Shown piece by piece: positions 42,675 through 59,693 of a stretch of DNA of 64,000 bases; the stretch's first letter is position 1; the number at the start of each line of letters is the position of its first letter. Both the position numbers and the translations under genes were made by a program. The stretch is from Octopus vulgaris (lineage: Eukaryota): assembly GCA_951406725.2 (NCBI GenBank), contig OX597837.1, positions 31,868,001 through 31,932,000 of the forward strand. Reading direction: 5' to 3'. The notes beneath the pieces were generated by a model. That model had not been told where the DNA came from and did not search any database. It was given only the letters and a program-made list of their open reading frames with translations.

Positions 42675-43127
42675 CCAGCAAAAATTCATCGCACAGATAG
42701 TGCCCACTCCTATTCCATAGCAACGTGACACAAACTACTACGGGTGTTCCGATTGTTGAAATAACAGCTGACGTAAACAGTTCCAACTTTTCAATTCTGG
42801 TGATAACTGATAAGAAGCAAACACATTCCTATCTTTCTAACAGACAATACGAAAGCTGTAACAGACTACACAGAAACACTATTAGCCTGGAGATAAAGCT
42901 ATGACCATCTACAAACGCTGAAGGTCGTAAGAATTTATTGTTCCTGCAAAAAATGTAACAGACTTGTTTGGATGTGTGAAAATTTTAAAATATAATAGTT
43001 ACATTCGGTTTAACAATAATATTCATCCGTACACACCTTTTTCACACATTAACATACAAATATATCACTGTATGCTCATACACACACACACTTATGTGCT
43101 AACATACACATCTGTATTATATATGTG

Positions 43128-44648
<1,521 letters not shown>

Positions 44649-44657
44649 AATATATAT

Positions 44658-44887
44658 TTACTCTTTTACTCTTTTACTTGTTTCAGTCATTTGACTGCGG
44701 CCATGCTGGAGCATCGCCTTTAGTCGAGCAAATCGACCCCGGGACTTATTCTTTGTAAGCCCAGTACTTATTCTATCGGTCTCTTTTGCCGAACCGCTAA
44801 GTGACGGGGACGTAAACACACCAGCATCGGTTGTCAAGCAATGCTAGGGGAACAAACACAGACACACAAACACAGACACACACATAG

Positions 44888-44900
<13 letters not shown>
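44658..44900 (-). mobile_element. SINE family A, 3' half only
   Basis: Runs from the tail to the internal microsatellite; the 5' half is missing compared with 25613-26041. Confidence 0.85.
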
Positions 44901-44919
<19 letters not shown>

Positions 44920-44920
<1 letters not shown>

Positions 44921-45330
44921 GGCGCAGGAGTGGATGTGTGGTAAGTAGCTTGCTAACCAACCACATGGTTCCGGGTTCAGTCCCACTGCGTGGCATCTTG
45001 GGCAAGTGCCTTCTGCTATAGCCCCGGGCCGACCAATGCCTTGTGAGTGGATTTGGTAGACGGAAACTGAAAGAAGCCTGTCGTATATATGTATATATAT
45101 GTATATGTGTGTGTTTGTGTGTCTGTGTTTGTCCCCCTAGCATTGCTTGACAACCGATGCTGGTGTGTTTACATCCCCGTTACTTAGCGGTTCGGCAAAA
45201 GAGACCGATAGAATAAGTACTGGGCTTACAAAAGAATAAGTCCCGGGGTCGATTTGCTCGATTGAAGCAGTGCTCCAGCATGGCCGCAGTCAAATGACTG
45301 AAACAAGTAAAAGAGTAAAAAGAGTAAGAG
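44920..45330 (+). mobile_element. SINE family A, full length, copy 2 only
   Basis: Complete element in plus orientation; not present at the copy-1 position. Confidence 0.9.
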
Positions 45331-45343
45331 TATACATAGAGGA

Positions 45344-45384
<41 letters not shown>

Positions 45385-45734
45385 AACACACACACACTCA
45401 TGTACTTAAATTCGCACCTTATATGCATATATGTATATATAAAAAAAGAGATTAAAGGTCCGCGTGAAATACTTTAAATGGTTTCTATGTAGAAAAATAA
45501 ACCAGGCTGAAAGAAAATTGGACTGTTACAGATATAGAAATCGAGATATAGAACTCCCTTCTTCAACAAACCGTCACTAAACCAATTTGTAAAGTTTAGT
45601 CACCAAGTAAAATTAGTATGTTATTACAGAGTATTATAGAAAAAGCACAAAAGTAATGATAGTTAACCATTTTAATTTAGGAAGCTTACACGCGTTTCAG
45701 ATAAGACTGGATGGACTAGTACAGAGAGCTAACA

Positions 45735-46366
45735 GGCGCAGGAGTGGCTGTGTGGTAAGTAGCTTGTTTACCAACCACATGGTTCCGGGGTCAGCCCCAC
45801 TGCGTGGTATCTTGGGCAAGTGTCTTCTACTATAGCCTCGGGCCGACCAAAGCCTTGTGAGTGGATTTGGTAGACGGACACTGAAAGAAGCCTGTCGTAT
45901 ATATGTATATATATATATATATACGTTTGTGTGTTTGTGGGTGTGTCTTTGTCTCCTTAACATTGCTTGACAACCGATGCTGGTGTGTTTATGTCCCCGT
46001 TACTTAGCGGTTCGGCAAAAGAGACCGATAGAATAAGTACTGGGCTTACAAAAGAATAAGTCCTGAGGTCGATTTGCTCGACTAAAAAAGGCGGTGTGCC
46101 AGTATACACACACACACACACACAGAGATATATATATATATATGTATGTGTGTGTTGTGTGTCTGTATTTGTCCCCCTAGCATTGCTTGACAACCGATGC
46201 TGGTGTGTTTATGTCCCCGTTACTTAGCGGTTCGGCAAAAGAGACCGATAGAATAAGTACTGGGCTTACAAAAGAATAAGTCCCGGGGTCGATTTGCTCG
46301 ATTGAAGGCAGTGCTCCAGCATGGCCGCAGTCAAATGACTGAAACAAGTAAAAGAGTAAAAGAGTA
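45735..46366 (+). mobile_element. SINE family A with duplicated 3' half
   Basis: Body runs to ggcggtg (~46097), then microsatellite, then the 3' half again from ~46150 with the full tail. Confidence 0.85.
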
Positions 46367-46721
46367 GGATGGTGAGAGGGGGTGCTGTGCTAAAATAGGT
46401 TGAGCCAGGCTCTACAAAAGTGTCTCACCAGCCACCAATACCTGTTAATGCTGGAAGGAGGATCACAGATCCCTAGTACTAATAATCGCATATATCAATC
46501 AATCCCATAATCTCTTCTGCGGGTCTTACGAATAGCAGAGGACCACGTTTCTGACTTCTCCCGTCTTGTGAGCTCTGGCACGAAGACCGTTCGGTCCACA
46601 GCAACAGCAACAATAACTACAACAGCGACAGCAAAATCCAGCCACCACGGCAATTGCCACCACCACCAACAACACAACCACCAAAACTACTACCATCACC
46701 ACCAACAACATTTTTAGCATT

Positions 46722-47245
46722 ACCACCACCACCACCACCACCACCACCACCACCACCACCACCACCACCACCACCACCACCACCACCACCATCATCATCA
46801 CCACCACCACCACCACTACCACCACCACCACCACCACTACCACCACCATCATCACCACCACCACCACCACCACCACCACCACCACCACCACCACCACCAT
46901 CACCACCACCACCACCACCACCACCACCATCATCATCACCACCACCACCACCACCACCACCACCACCACCACCACCACCACCACCACCACCACCACCATC
47001 ACCACCACCACCACCACCACCACCACCACCACCACCACCACCATCACCACCACCACCACCACCGCCACCACCACTATCACCATAATCACCACCACCACCA
47101 GCACCACCACCACCACCAGCACCACCACCACCATCATCACCACCACCACCACCACCACCACCACCACCACCACCACCATCACCACCACCACCACCACCAC
47201 CACCACCACCACCACCACCACCACCACAACCACCACTACCACCAA
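46722..47245. repeat. (CCA)n/(TCA)n trinucleotide array
   Basis: Direct reading. Confidence 0.95.
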
Positions 47246-47411
47246 GAGCAACAAAAACAACAGCAAATAACTATGACACTGAAATTTTGTTGGTAGTGCA
47301 TATGACACGTTTAATAAAGTCTATTTCCTTTCTAAGCCATTTTACAATTTCTTTCTGAAAAGCAAACGAACATCGGTAAACTTATTTGAACGATTCACAT
47401 TTTCACACACA

Positions 47412-47443
<32 letters not shown>

Positions 47444-47609
47444 TACACACACACACACGCACACACGAACACACACATGTAAACATCTGATTACACTTAT
47501 ATTCAAAAATTGTATATTTATATAAATCACCCCTCCTAACATACACGTACGTACACACATACATAACATAAAATTGCCATATATATATATATGTAAGGAT
47601 TCACATTTC

Positions 47610-48745
<1,136 letters not shown>

Positions 48746-49857
48746 AATGTTTATATAATAAAATTAAAATTGCCAGCGTTCCAGGAAGCGAAACAAGCCG
48801 GGGTGAATGAGCGCAGAAACTGGGTACAATTAAAAAACTCTGTCCTGGAGCTGTACTCTATCTTTGTTTTTTCGCTTTCTTTTTTCTTCCTGTTTTTGTA
48901 TATTTGTTTGCTTGATTTTGTTTACTTGTGGTTTTGGTTGTGGTGGTAGTGGTGGTGGTGGTGGTGGTGGTGGTGGTGGTGGTGGTGGTGGTGGTGGTGG
49001 TGGTGGTGGTGGTCGGAGAAATTTAGAGAATTTACTACATCCTCTCCTCCCTCTATCCCTCCTGCTTCCTTAGAGGATATAATCGCCCGCCTGCCCGCCT
49101 GCCCGCCTGCCCGCCTGCCCGCCCCCGCCCCCGACCCCATGAACACCCGCATATACATTCTACGTAGACATAGACACATACGCACTCCCGACTTGTGGCA
49201 TGTCATACTGTTATCATTTCGTCTGTCTCTCTCTCTATCTCTCTCTCCTAACTCTGGCCCAAAAGTCTCTGTCACCGACGTTGTGCCGCCACAATCACCA
49301 CCACATCCGCCATCATGATGCTTCCAAAACCGTACTGCTGTCAACGCCGTGACATCTCTCCCACCGCCGATGCCACTGCTGTACATAATGCACAGAACAT
49401 CCAATCCAGCCAATCTATTTCTTATGTGTTGTGCTGAGGCAAGGAGAAAAATATTTCTAGCGTTCATTTCTGTAACCAGCTTCCGGCGAAAGAAAATAAC
49501 TCATAAAAGTTTGAAAGCAAAATTATTTTTCTTTTGGCGGACATTTTGTTTGTCTTATATTTCATTGTTTGTTTAAGTTTTTTTGAATTTTTTTCGTTTA
49601 CTTTATACTCTCCGAGTATCTGGAAATAGGGACAGAGTGATGATCGTTGTAAGCCCGCGATGTTCAAATTTTTCTCGATAGTGAGAAACCGATTAGGAAT
49701 AAAGATAGACTACGCCTTTTCTCTTTTTTGCCGAAGTTATTGGGACGTAAACACACCAGCATCGGTTGTCAAGCGATGTGGTGGTGGGGGACAAACACAG
49801 TCACACAAGCATATACACACACATACATACATGCATACATACATACATGCATACATA

Positions 49858-50590
49858 TTGAGTGAGAGAGTAGTGCATGCCATCAAAGTGACTCTGGGGT
49901 GCAAATATACATAGCCCAATATAGCCATCTTGACTACCCGTCTGATAAGGGTACACCAGGCGCATGCATCACAACCATATGTGCGCATCATAGTGATCTC
50001 ATATCAATATAAACAGCACATGATCTTCCAGGTGAGAACCAGTTAGAATTTTTTTCAGGTCGAGAAGCCCATCCCGCTCAAAAGGTTACTGAATAAGAGT
50101 CGTTTAAGGATGTTGAACGAAACACTCATGTTTTCAGAGGTGAATTATTCAAACTCCAAATAATTCCTCTCAACACATGACTATTATGCTCCCCAACTAC
50201 TTCTGCTCGGGATCAGAGATGCGCATATCGTCAGCCACTAAGGGACATGCTCAACTGGTTATGGTCAAACAACTGACAAGCAAATCGGTGGCATTGAGCA
50301 GAATATTTACTGTAGTCCATCTTTTATACCAAGACAAAACAATATATATTATTATTACTATTATTGAGTGAGAGAGCAGAGGTCACTTATTCAATAATTC
50401 AGTTGACCAGAGGTGAATTATTCAAACCCCATAGAATTCCTCTCGACACATGGTTATGATGCTTCCCCAACTACTTCTGCTCGTGATCAGAGATGCACAT
50501 ATCATCAGTTACTAAGGGACATGCTCAACTGGTATGGAGCATAATATTTGCTTTAGCCCATCTCTTATACCAAATCAAAACAATGTACAT
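49858..50590 (-). mobile_element. Two diverged partial copies of the (AAT)n-tailed repeat seen at 13937-14494
   Basis: ttgagtgagagag 3' ends at ~49858 and ~50363. Shared blocks gtcagccactaagggacatgctcaactgg and cttttataccaagacaaaac. Confidence 0.75.
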
Positions 50591-50885
50591 TAAGTATTAT
50601 ATCTATTATTATTCAACAGCAACCTTTATATCCTACTTAACGTGGATGTATTATAGGATCTTCGTAGTACAGCCGTATTCTATTTCAGAAGATCTCTCGT
50701 TTAGGTGTCTCATGTGTAAAAACAGAGATATCGGTATCATGCAAAAAGAATGCCAAGCCCTTGTGGTGGCTATCATTTACTTTTCCGGTGATGGTACTTA
50801 CTTCAGCTCAGAACTGCTCTAACATACAAACATCGTCGCGGAAGCAAGCTTTGGAAACTTCTTAAACAGGTAGTCATGTATGTGT

Positions 50886-50947
<62 letters not shown>

Positions 50948-52372
50948 CATCTGTGTGTGTGTGTATTTGGTGATCTGAAAGTTACACACAATATGGATGG
51001 CGTGAGAGTGATGAGAGACAGGCGTGTCGAATGCTTTTGATTGGACAGAGATAAATAAAGGAAGATGGCGTTGTGAGCAAGGCAGAGACAGTATTAAATA
51101 TGGTTGAAAAAGCAGAAGAGTGAGAAACAACAACGGTGGAAATGGGTTAAGTTGAGGTCTGTTGTCTGTTTAATCATTCTTTACTCATAAGCTGGACGCC
51201 CTTCCTTTAGTTGTAATGTAGGGCGTTTGTGTGCAGCATGTGTGTGTGTATATATATATATATATGTATATATACATGTGAGTGTGTGTGCGTGTGTGTG
51301 TGTGTGTGTGCGTGTGTGTGTGTGTGTGTACGACTGTTACAACTGTCGGACGAACGATAACGTGAAACTCTGAGCCACAGTTTTTTGTGATGTTTTCGCA
51401 GGAAACAAAAGAAAAATTATATATATATATAATATATATATATATATATAATATATATAATATATATAATATATAATATATATATATATAATATATAATA
51501 TATATATATATATATGTATGCATACACACACACGCGCGCACACACACACATATATATACCAATCACCACCACAACCACTACCACCACAACCACCAATCAC
51601 CACCAGAACCACCACTCCATTACAACCACCACAACCACTACCACCAGCAATCACCACCACAACCACCACTCCATTAGAACCACCACAACCACTACCACTC
51701 TACTCGAACCACCATCACCACCGACAACAATAGGTCCCCACCACCTCCACCACCACTCTACTCGAACCACCATCACCACCGACAACAATAGCCCCCCCCC
51801 ACCACCACCACCACCACAACTAATCCTTCCTCCTCTACAGACCCTGAAAACAAATCCAACACTATCTGCAAACCCCTAATTTTGTTACTCGTTTCCACGA
51901 GAAAGCCATTGATGTAATTGACGGTGAATGGGTGAATGGTTGGCTTATTAGGGGTCTTGCATTTAACATCCGATTACACGGTTGGCAGTTTCTACAAAGG
52001 ATGATGGATTACACAAGGGAAAATGGCGGGTTGGAAGAGGGTCTAGATTATTTAGTTTCACTACCGATACCTACCTCACCACCCGAAGAATTACACCAAA
52101 AGAAGCCTCACTGTGGTTGCTGGACATGCTAGAAATAGCAGCAGCAACTCAAACACATGAAAAAATCGACTTGTTGGATAATTATGTCTATCCCTGCTTG
52201 TAGAATGACAAAAAAAAAGGGGATATGTCATGGCTGAAATGCCTTTCGTCATAGGTCTGCCCAATCAGATGTGATCACAATCACCAACAACACTAAAAAG
52301 TTCCATATTGAAGAGATGAGGAATTATGTACATTATTTACATTATTTACATTTGACACATACAGTGTCATAT

Positions 52373-52540
52373 AGGCGCAGGAGTGGCTGTGTGGTAAGTA
52401 GCTTGCTAACAAACCACATGGTTCCGGGTTCAGTCCCACTGCGTGGAATCTTGGGCAAGTGTCTTCTGCTATAGCCCCGGGCCGACCAATGCCTTGTGAG
52501 TGGATTTGGTAGACGGAAACTCACAGAAGCCTGTCGTATA

Positions 52541-52586
<46 letters not shown>

Positions 52587-52588
52587 CA

Positions 52589-52621
<33 letters not shown>

Positions 52622-52825
52622 TTGTCCCCCTAGCATTGCTTGACAACCGATGCTGGTGTGTTTACGTCCCCGTCCCATAGCGGTTCGGCAAAAGAGACCG
52701 ATAGAATAAGTACTGGGCTTACAAAGAATAAGTCCCGTGGTCGATTTGCTCGACTAAAGGCGGTGCTCCAGCATGGCCGCAGTCAAATGACTGAAACAAG
52801 TAAAAGAGAGAGAGAGAGTAAAGAG
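52373..52825 (+). mobile_element. SINE family A, full length
   Basis: Complete head, TA/TG tract and tail. Confidence 0.9.
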
Positions 52826-53646
52826 TGTACAACGCATCGATCTCAAAATCAGATCTTTTAATTAAATAATAATCTGTGATGGACACAAGCTCAAATTTAG
52901 TGGATGCGTGTTGTAGATAAGATGCTCAGTTACGTAACTCTTGCTCATAATCAGAATTACACATATTGTCAGCCTCTAAGGGATATGTTCAAGTGGTTAA
53001 GGTCAAGCAGCTGCAACAGCAACTGACAAGCAAATCCGTGGTAGCGTGCAGAATATTTGCTGTAATGTTATTTTTGCTTCAGCAACTCAGCACTGAATCT
53101 GTCTGAAATCTAATGGAAAATAGGTCAGTTTCAAAACATTGATATCTAAGTGACAAAAGCAAAGTTTGAAGGGAAGGGAATAGTAGTCTTTTCCTTTGAT
53201 TTTCACATAGTAGCAAATGGGAAATAACACTTACAGACCAAACACGAAAAAAAAGAAAAAAAAAATTAGAAATTTGTTACACAGTGAATTTGGCTGCTGC
53301 GCATATCTAACTTTAAACAGTCTACTCAGCAATATATTATGTAGTTATCGCTCCTGCACCCAAAAAGAAATCCATAATGATACTTAAACACTAATATGTA
53401 TTTATATTATATTATGTTCCAACATTAATCAGATGGTTTTCAAAGTTTTATGCTTATCTCATAGGGCCTATTTAACACTAATGGCGGCTCTTTTAAGTTT
53501 TTTCCCTTTGTCAGAAATTTTTCAAGTTTTCAATCCTGGAGTACATTTTCATGCTAATGACGAAAATTATATTCATAATAAAAAAGTTACAGGCATTTAA
53601 AGTTATGTAATGTTTGCCAATCGTAAACTCATGTGTTCCCCCTGTA

Positions 53647-53701
<55 letters not shown>

Positions 53702-53725
53702 AGAGAGAGAGAGAGAGAGAGAGAT

Positions 53726-53795
<70 letters not shown>

Positions 53796-54022
53796 TATAG
53801 ATATACAACTTATAAACAAGGGAGAAAGAAAATTATTTCTATGCCAATATGCTGATAACAGACTTTTATATCGTCAGTTTCCACATATTATTTACTCGCT
53901 ACAGAAAACACGTAGAGCTGAAATCGAGGAAAGCTTACCAAGAGAATTTTTGAAAATCGTTATTTCTATATTGAATCAATTTCGGAATTAATCTCATAAT
54001 AGATTTTTTTCCTCTTCAGTCG

Positions 54023-54068
<46 letters not shown>

Positions 54069-55128
54069 TAAATAGATAGATAGATATAGATATATATATA
54101 TATTAATAAATTTTAGGGTAGCAAAAAAAATTCTAGAAAAACTTTAGAAAAATTCTCCGCTACCATGGTCTAGCGAGATGGAAAAAAATAGTCAATAGAC
54201 TATATAATATACATTTAAACACATAAGAGATGGCCATAATAGGACATCTGACTCACCAGAAAGAGCAGTTAAACTCCAAACCACTAATAGTTGTAATTCT
54301 GAAAGGGAAAGAGAAATAAAAACGTTTACCCTATTTTTTTTATAAATATGTATATATATATATATTAATAAATAAAATAAAACATATGCATATATATAAA
54401 CATATATGTACGTACCTACCTCTACATGTACATATACACGCATATATGAGTACAGGACACCAAAAAGACGTCGAACACAATGAGAAACGAAAACATAGAC
54501 ACAAACCAAAGGAATTGGACATTTTTTTAAACAACAAAAAAATAGAGTACAGGACAATTAACACAAAGAAAAAAACCCTTCTTCAGTCGCTATGGTTTCA
54601 TCTACTCTACGTTCCGAAGGATATATTTGCTATTGCCCACAGCTCTTGAGAAAAATATCATTGTTGCTTCTTCCTCCGTTTTCATACTCTCTAAAAAAAT
54701 TATAAAATTCTCCATTAAAGAGATCATTTTATAGGAAAAGAATTCCTGCATTTTGGGCAGAAACAGATCCGGTTTGCTGTACACGTGATTTTCGTCGTCA
54801 GCCTGCAAAACTACAACAGTGTAGAAGAAAAAAATTCTGACGGTAGAAGGAATTTTAAAAGATCCCTAATGACTTCAAACATTTCCCATTCCTTGTATTG
54901 GTAACATCCTATCAGGTTGCACCATTGCGTCATGTGTTGCCGAATCTCCATCTGTCGCACCCTCATTCAACTCAATACATTAACCAGACACAATGGGCAG
55001 GCAATAAGGCAGTGCTTTTGATCGAACTACTGGAATGTTCCTCGTCGAAATTAGCGAAGATCAATTTACATTAATACACACACACGCGTGTGTGTGTGTG
55101 TGTGTGTGTTTACGTGTAAACTGGGCAT

Positions 55129-55512
55129 GTGGAGGTGCAATGGCCCAGTGGTTAGGGCAGCGGACTCACGGTCATAGGATCGCGGTTTCGATTCCCAGAC
55201 CGCGCGTTGTAAGTGTTTATTGAGCGAAAACACCTAAAGCTCCACGAGGCTCCGGCAGGGGATGGTGGTGATCCCTGCTGTACTCTTTCACCACAACTTT
55301 CTCTCACTCTTACTTCCTGTTTCTGTTCTACCTGTATTTCAAGGGGCCGGCCTTGTCACTCTCTGTGTCATGCTGAATATCCCCGAGAACTACGTTAAGG
55401 GTACACGTGTCTGTGGAGTGCTCAGCCACTTACACGTTAATTTCCCGAGCAGGCTGTTCCGTTGATTCGGATCAACCGGAACCCTCGTCGTCGTAACCGA
55501 CGGAGTGCTTCC
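55129..55512 (+). mobile_element. SINE family B, full length
   Basis: Matches the other family B copies. Confidence 0.9.
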
Positions 55513-55912
55513 AATCCAACTGTTACGTACCCACTTGTTGGTTAACATTATGAATTATCCAGAAGAAAGCTGGCGCTAATAACCAATTTCCATGACCACG
55601 GCGAGGGATAGAACGAAGTTATCATCAGTCCGTAATCAGACCCGAATGTTTACAACCGAGTAGACCCCGTTAAAGATACTCATTTGATTAGATGGTGATT
55701 TTTGACAAGGCGACAGATTAAGTCCCTTTTGCTTATAGTTATGACATTAAGCACGCAGTGTAGACTGTTGTAGGTCTTACAATTAAAGTCACATATACAC
55801 AGAATCGGATTTAGTTCGGCTGTTTTTGTTATAAACATATAAAGGAAGGAAAACAATGAACGGAAGATTCTAATTAGAGAATATCTTTCGCAACATTTCC
55901 GTTTTTCTCTTT

Positions 55913-56124
55913 ACACACACACACGCGCGCGCACACACACAGACACACACACACACATATATATACACACACATATATACACACACACACACAGACACAT
56001 ACACACACACACGCACACACACAGACACACACACACATACACACATACACACACACATACACACGCACACACACACACACAGACAGGCACACACACAGAC
56101 AGACAGACAGACACACACACACAG

Positions 56125-56158
<34 letters not shown>

Positions 56159-56233
56159 ACACACATACACACACAGACACACACAGAGACACAGACACAC
56201 ACACACACAGACACACACACACACACACACACA
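55913..56233. repeat. (CA)n/(CAGA)n microsatellite
   Basis: Direct reading. Confidence 0.95.
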
Positions 56234-56512
56234 TTGTTTATGGTGGTGTTTAATTTCTGGTAATTCCATCATTTAATCTAACAAAATGAAAACAAGGTTT
56301 GTCTCGACAATCTTTCGGCTTACGTATGTGTATGGTTGTTTGTATGTGAAAGAGAGTCGTCTGAGTGGGTGTTTATATATATACAAACATATATACATAT
56401 AACATATATATGTGTGTGTGTGTGTATGTGTGCATGTGTGTGTCTCTATGTATGTATGTATATGTATATATATGCCTGTGTGAATATGTGTTGTATATGC
56501 ATATATACATAC

Positions 56513-56577
<65 letters not shown>

Positions 56578-56613
56578 ATATATGTATATATATGCCTGTG
56601 TGTATATGTGTTG

Positions 56614-56644
<31 letters not shown>

Positions 56645-56654
56645 GTATATATAA

Positions 56655-56747
<93 letters not shown>

Positions 56748-57524
56748 CTGTGTATATTAGATTTTAAATGTACACATGCATGCATATATAACTTAATGCA
56801 TGTATGTATGTATGTATGTATGAAATACTTGAAGTTCTACTCCTACTTTATTATTAATAGGAAGTGAAAGGTAGGCAAAAATACAAAGATGACAGAGTCA
56901 TTTGGGCAACGGACCACCAACCGAGAGATCGTCGGTTCAAGTTGTGGCATTGCCATTACGTTTTGTCTCTGATCCAAACACTGAACTCTGACAACTGTCC
57001 ATTATATATCTTGAACTTCCTTATTCAATGTGTTTGTTTCTTTGCCTCTCAAAGGGTTGATATACTTTCATTTACTTTTGGAGTCGAGTATACATGTATA
57101 TATAAACATTTGGAGCTAAGCTAATTCCGCTCGTTTATGTTCAATTGTAAGTTTATTTTCTATGGTATTAGTTTCTCGATTAAAAAACCATATAAATCCA
57201 TGGGTTACCCCTAAAATTTTGAGTTATGGTATATATGTATATATATATACTTAAACACACACGCGTAAACAGAGTTATTTGTGATATCCATGAGGAATTA
57301 TCAAAACGAGCAAAAAACTTCATAAGCTCTCTGGTAGCACATCAGACTAAAAATATTGTTCAGATTAGAAAACAACTCCAAATATTCTTTTGACAGGGTC
57401 CTAGGGTTAAATTCATTACTATTCTATAATGTAAATCTGTGGCGGCGCTTCAGTCATACTGGTTTTTACACAGAGTGATATACAAGACAAGGTATAAATA
57501 ATGGTAATTACATTATACCAGTAG

Positions 57525-58407
57525 TGAAGGCACATGGCTTTGTGGTTAGAGCAGCGGGCTCGCGGTCGAGGGCTCACGGGTTCGAATCTCAGACCGGACG
57601 ATGTGTGAAATCGGTAAGAAATGTGTAAATCCAGTTGGTAATTGTAAGAAATCGCCAGATTAAGAACACCTTTTATCCTACCTGTCTATCTGAATTAACG
57701 TTCTAAAATTCTTTTGAGTGTTGACGCATGGGAGGCATCGTTAGAGGTTAGGATCGAAGGGAGGGCAATAAATAGATATAGTAAATGAATTCAGTAAATC
57801 AGTAAGATGTGGAGGCACATGGCCAAATGGTTAGAGCAGCGGACTCGCGGTCGAGGGATCGCGGGTTCGAATCTCAGAACGGACGATGTGTGTGTTTATG
57901 AGCGAAACACCTAAGCTCCACGCAGCTCCGGCAGAAGGTAATGGCGAACTTCTGCTGACGCTTTCGCCACAACTTTTTTTCACTCGTTCTTCCTGCATCT
58001 TGCAGCTCACCTGCGACGGACCGGTGCCCTGTCCAGGTCGGGAGCCTATATGCCAAGAAACCGGGATACCGGCCCTTATGAGCCAGGCATGGCTCGAGAA
58101 GGAACAAACAAAATTAGTAAGATGGATATATGAATAAATTAATACATAATTAGACTAATGTGTAAATAAGTAATAAGTAAATAAATTAATTAATTAATTA
58201 ATTACACACAGATTTCTAGTGCGAAATGGAAGTATATGGAGGTAACAGAATGGAAATATATGGAGTCAACAGACGTGGGTGGGATCATGGGATAGGGACA
58301 CGTGATAGGAAGCATGGACCGGCGTCCCGTCCAGGTGGGGAACCAATACGCCAAGGAAACCGGGAAACCGGCCCTTCTGAGCCAGGCATGGCTCGAGAAG
58401 GAACAAA
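57525..58407 (+). mobile_element. Outer SINE D (head 57525-57607, tail 58316-58407) whose middle is replaced by a ~700-bp inverted copy of 3398-4109
   Basis: Head and tail match family D. Possible TSD cagtag at 57519-57524 and 58411-58416. Confidence 0.8.
57810..58110 (+). mobile_element. Inner SINE D, full length
   Basis: TSD agtaagatg at 57801-57809 and 58116-58124; same insertion site as 3604-3905. Confidence 0.9.
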
Positions 58408-58925
58408 AGGCAGTAGGGTGCCATTTGAAAAACATTTGGCTGCTATTTTTTGCATGTTAACTCACCATTCTGAACAGGCCTCATTAATAACTTAATTTAA
58501 AAGGAATACTAGTGTGTAATTTTGTTAGATGTCTTTGTGGCCTGATAAACGTCACCGCGATTTTGCAGTAGAGGCCACAATGCTGATCTTTGTAATTTAA
58601 AAATAATTCAAGCGAAGGTCAGGACACACTGACACTGAAAGTGGCCATTTGATACAAGATAAAAACTTCGATCAATGCTACCACCAATACGAGACGCTAT
58701 ATCATATCTCAGACTCAAATCGGGTGCATTCTCACCACCCCGATATCGTCATTTCTGATAACGATAAAATAACAGGGTACCCCTGAGCATTTCCAGTGTA
58801 TGGATATATGTATACGCTTATGTCTGTGTATATTTGATAAGCTAATGTGTGTATACATATACATGTTTGAATCTATGAATATATGAATGCGACTATGTAT
58901 GTGTATGTACGTGTTTCTGTATGCG

Positions 58926-58968
<43 letters not shown>

Positions 58969-59165
58969 GTATGTATGTATGTATGTATGTATGTATGTAT
59001 GTATGTATGTATGTATGTATGCATGTATGTATGTATGTATGTATGTATGTATGTATCTATGTATGTATGTATGTACGTATGTATGTATGCATGGTACGAG
59101 CTTAAGAGTTCATATGTGTGTATGTATGTGTATAAGAATAAATCTATCTATCTATATACATATAT

Positions 59166-59206
<41 letters not shown>

Positions 59207-59661
59207 CGTATATATATGCACACACATATATATATATATATATGCATGTATGTACATGTGGGTGTATATGTGCATGTATATATGCATATACATATATAAT
59301 AAGAATTATATATGTGTGTGTGGGGGGTGTTTGTGTGTGTGTGGCAAGCACTACGTAGTAAATGTTATCGCTGAACCACCCCCTCCTCAAATGCATAACC
59401 CCACCCGGCCTCCACTGTCCACACGCTGGTTAGGCTCTGGGAAAAATGTTGAATGTCACATGCTCTCAAAAGATATGTAGTTTAATTAAACTGAAGATTT
59501 TGTTCATATTCTTCCTGTTTCTCTTTTAACCGTTTGTTTCTATCTTATTTTCTTTTATATATACATTCTTATGATAAAATAGCAATTATAAATCCACTCA
59601 TATAAATGTGTATATATATATATATATATACATACACACATATATATATACACACACACAC

Positions 59662-59693
<32 letters not shown>

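Noticed and set aside
46526-47308. Poly-Val / poly-Pro (extensin- or formin-like) ORFs
   Set aside because: (CCA)n microsatellite with no flanking domain.
53460-53646. Possible Tc1/mariner terminus (minus strand TA-caggggg..)
   Set aside because: I could not find the matching opposite TIR or any transposase remnant.
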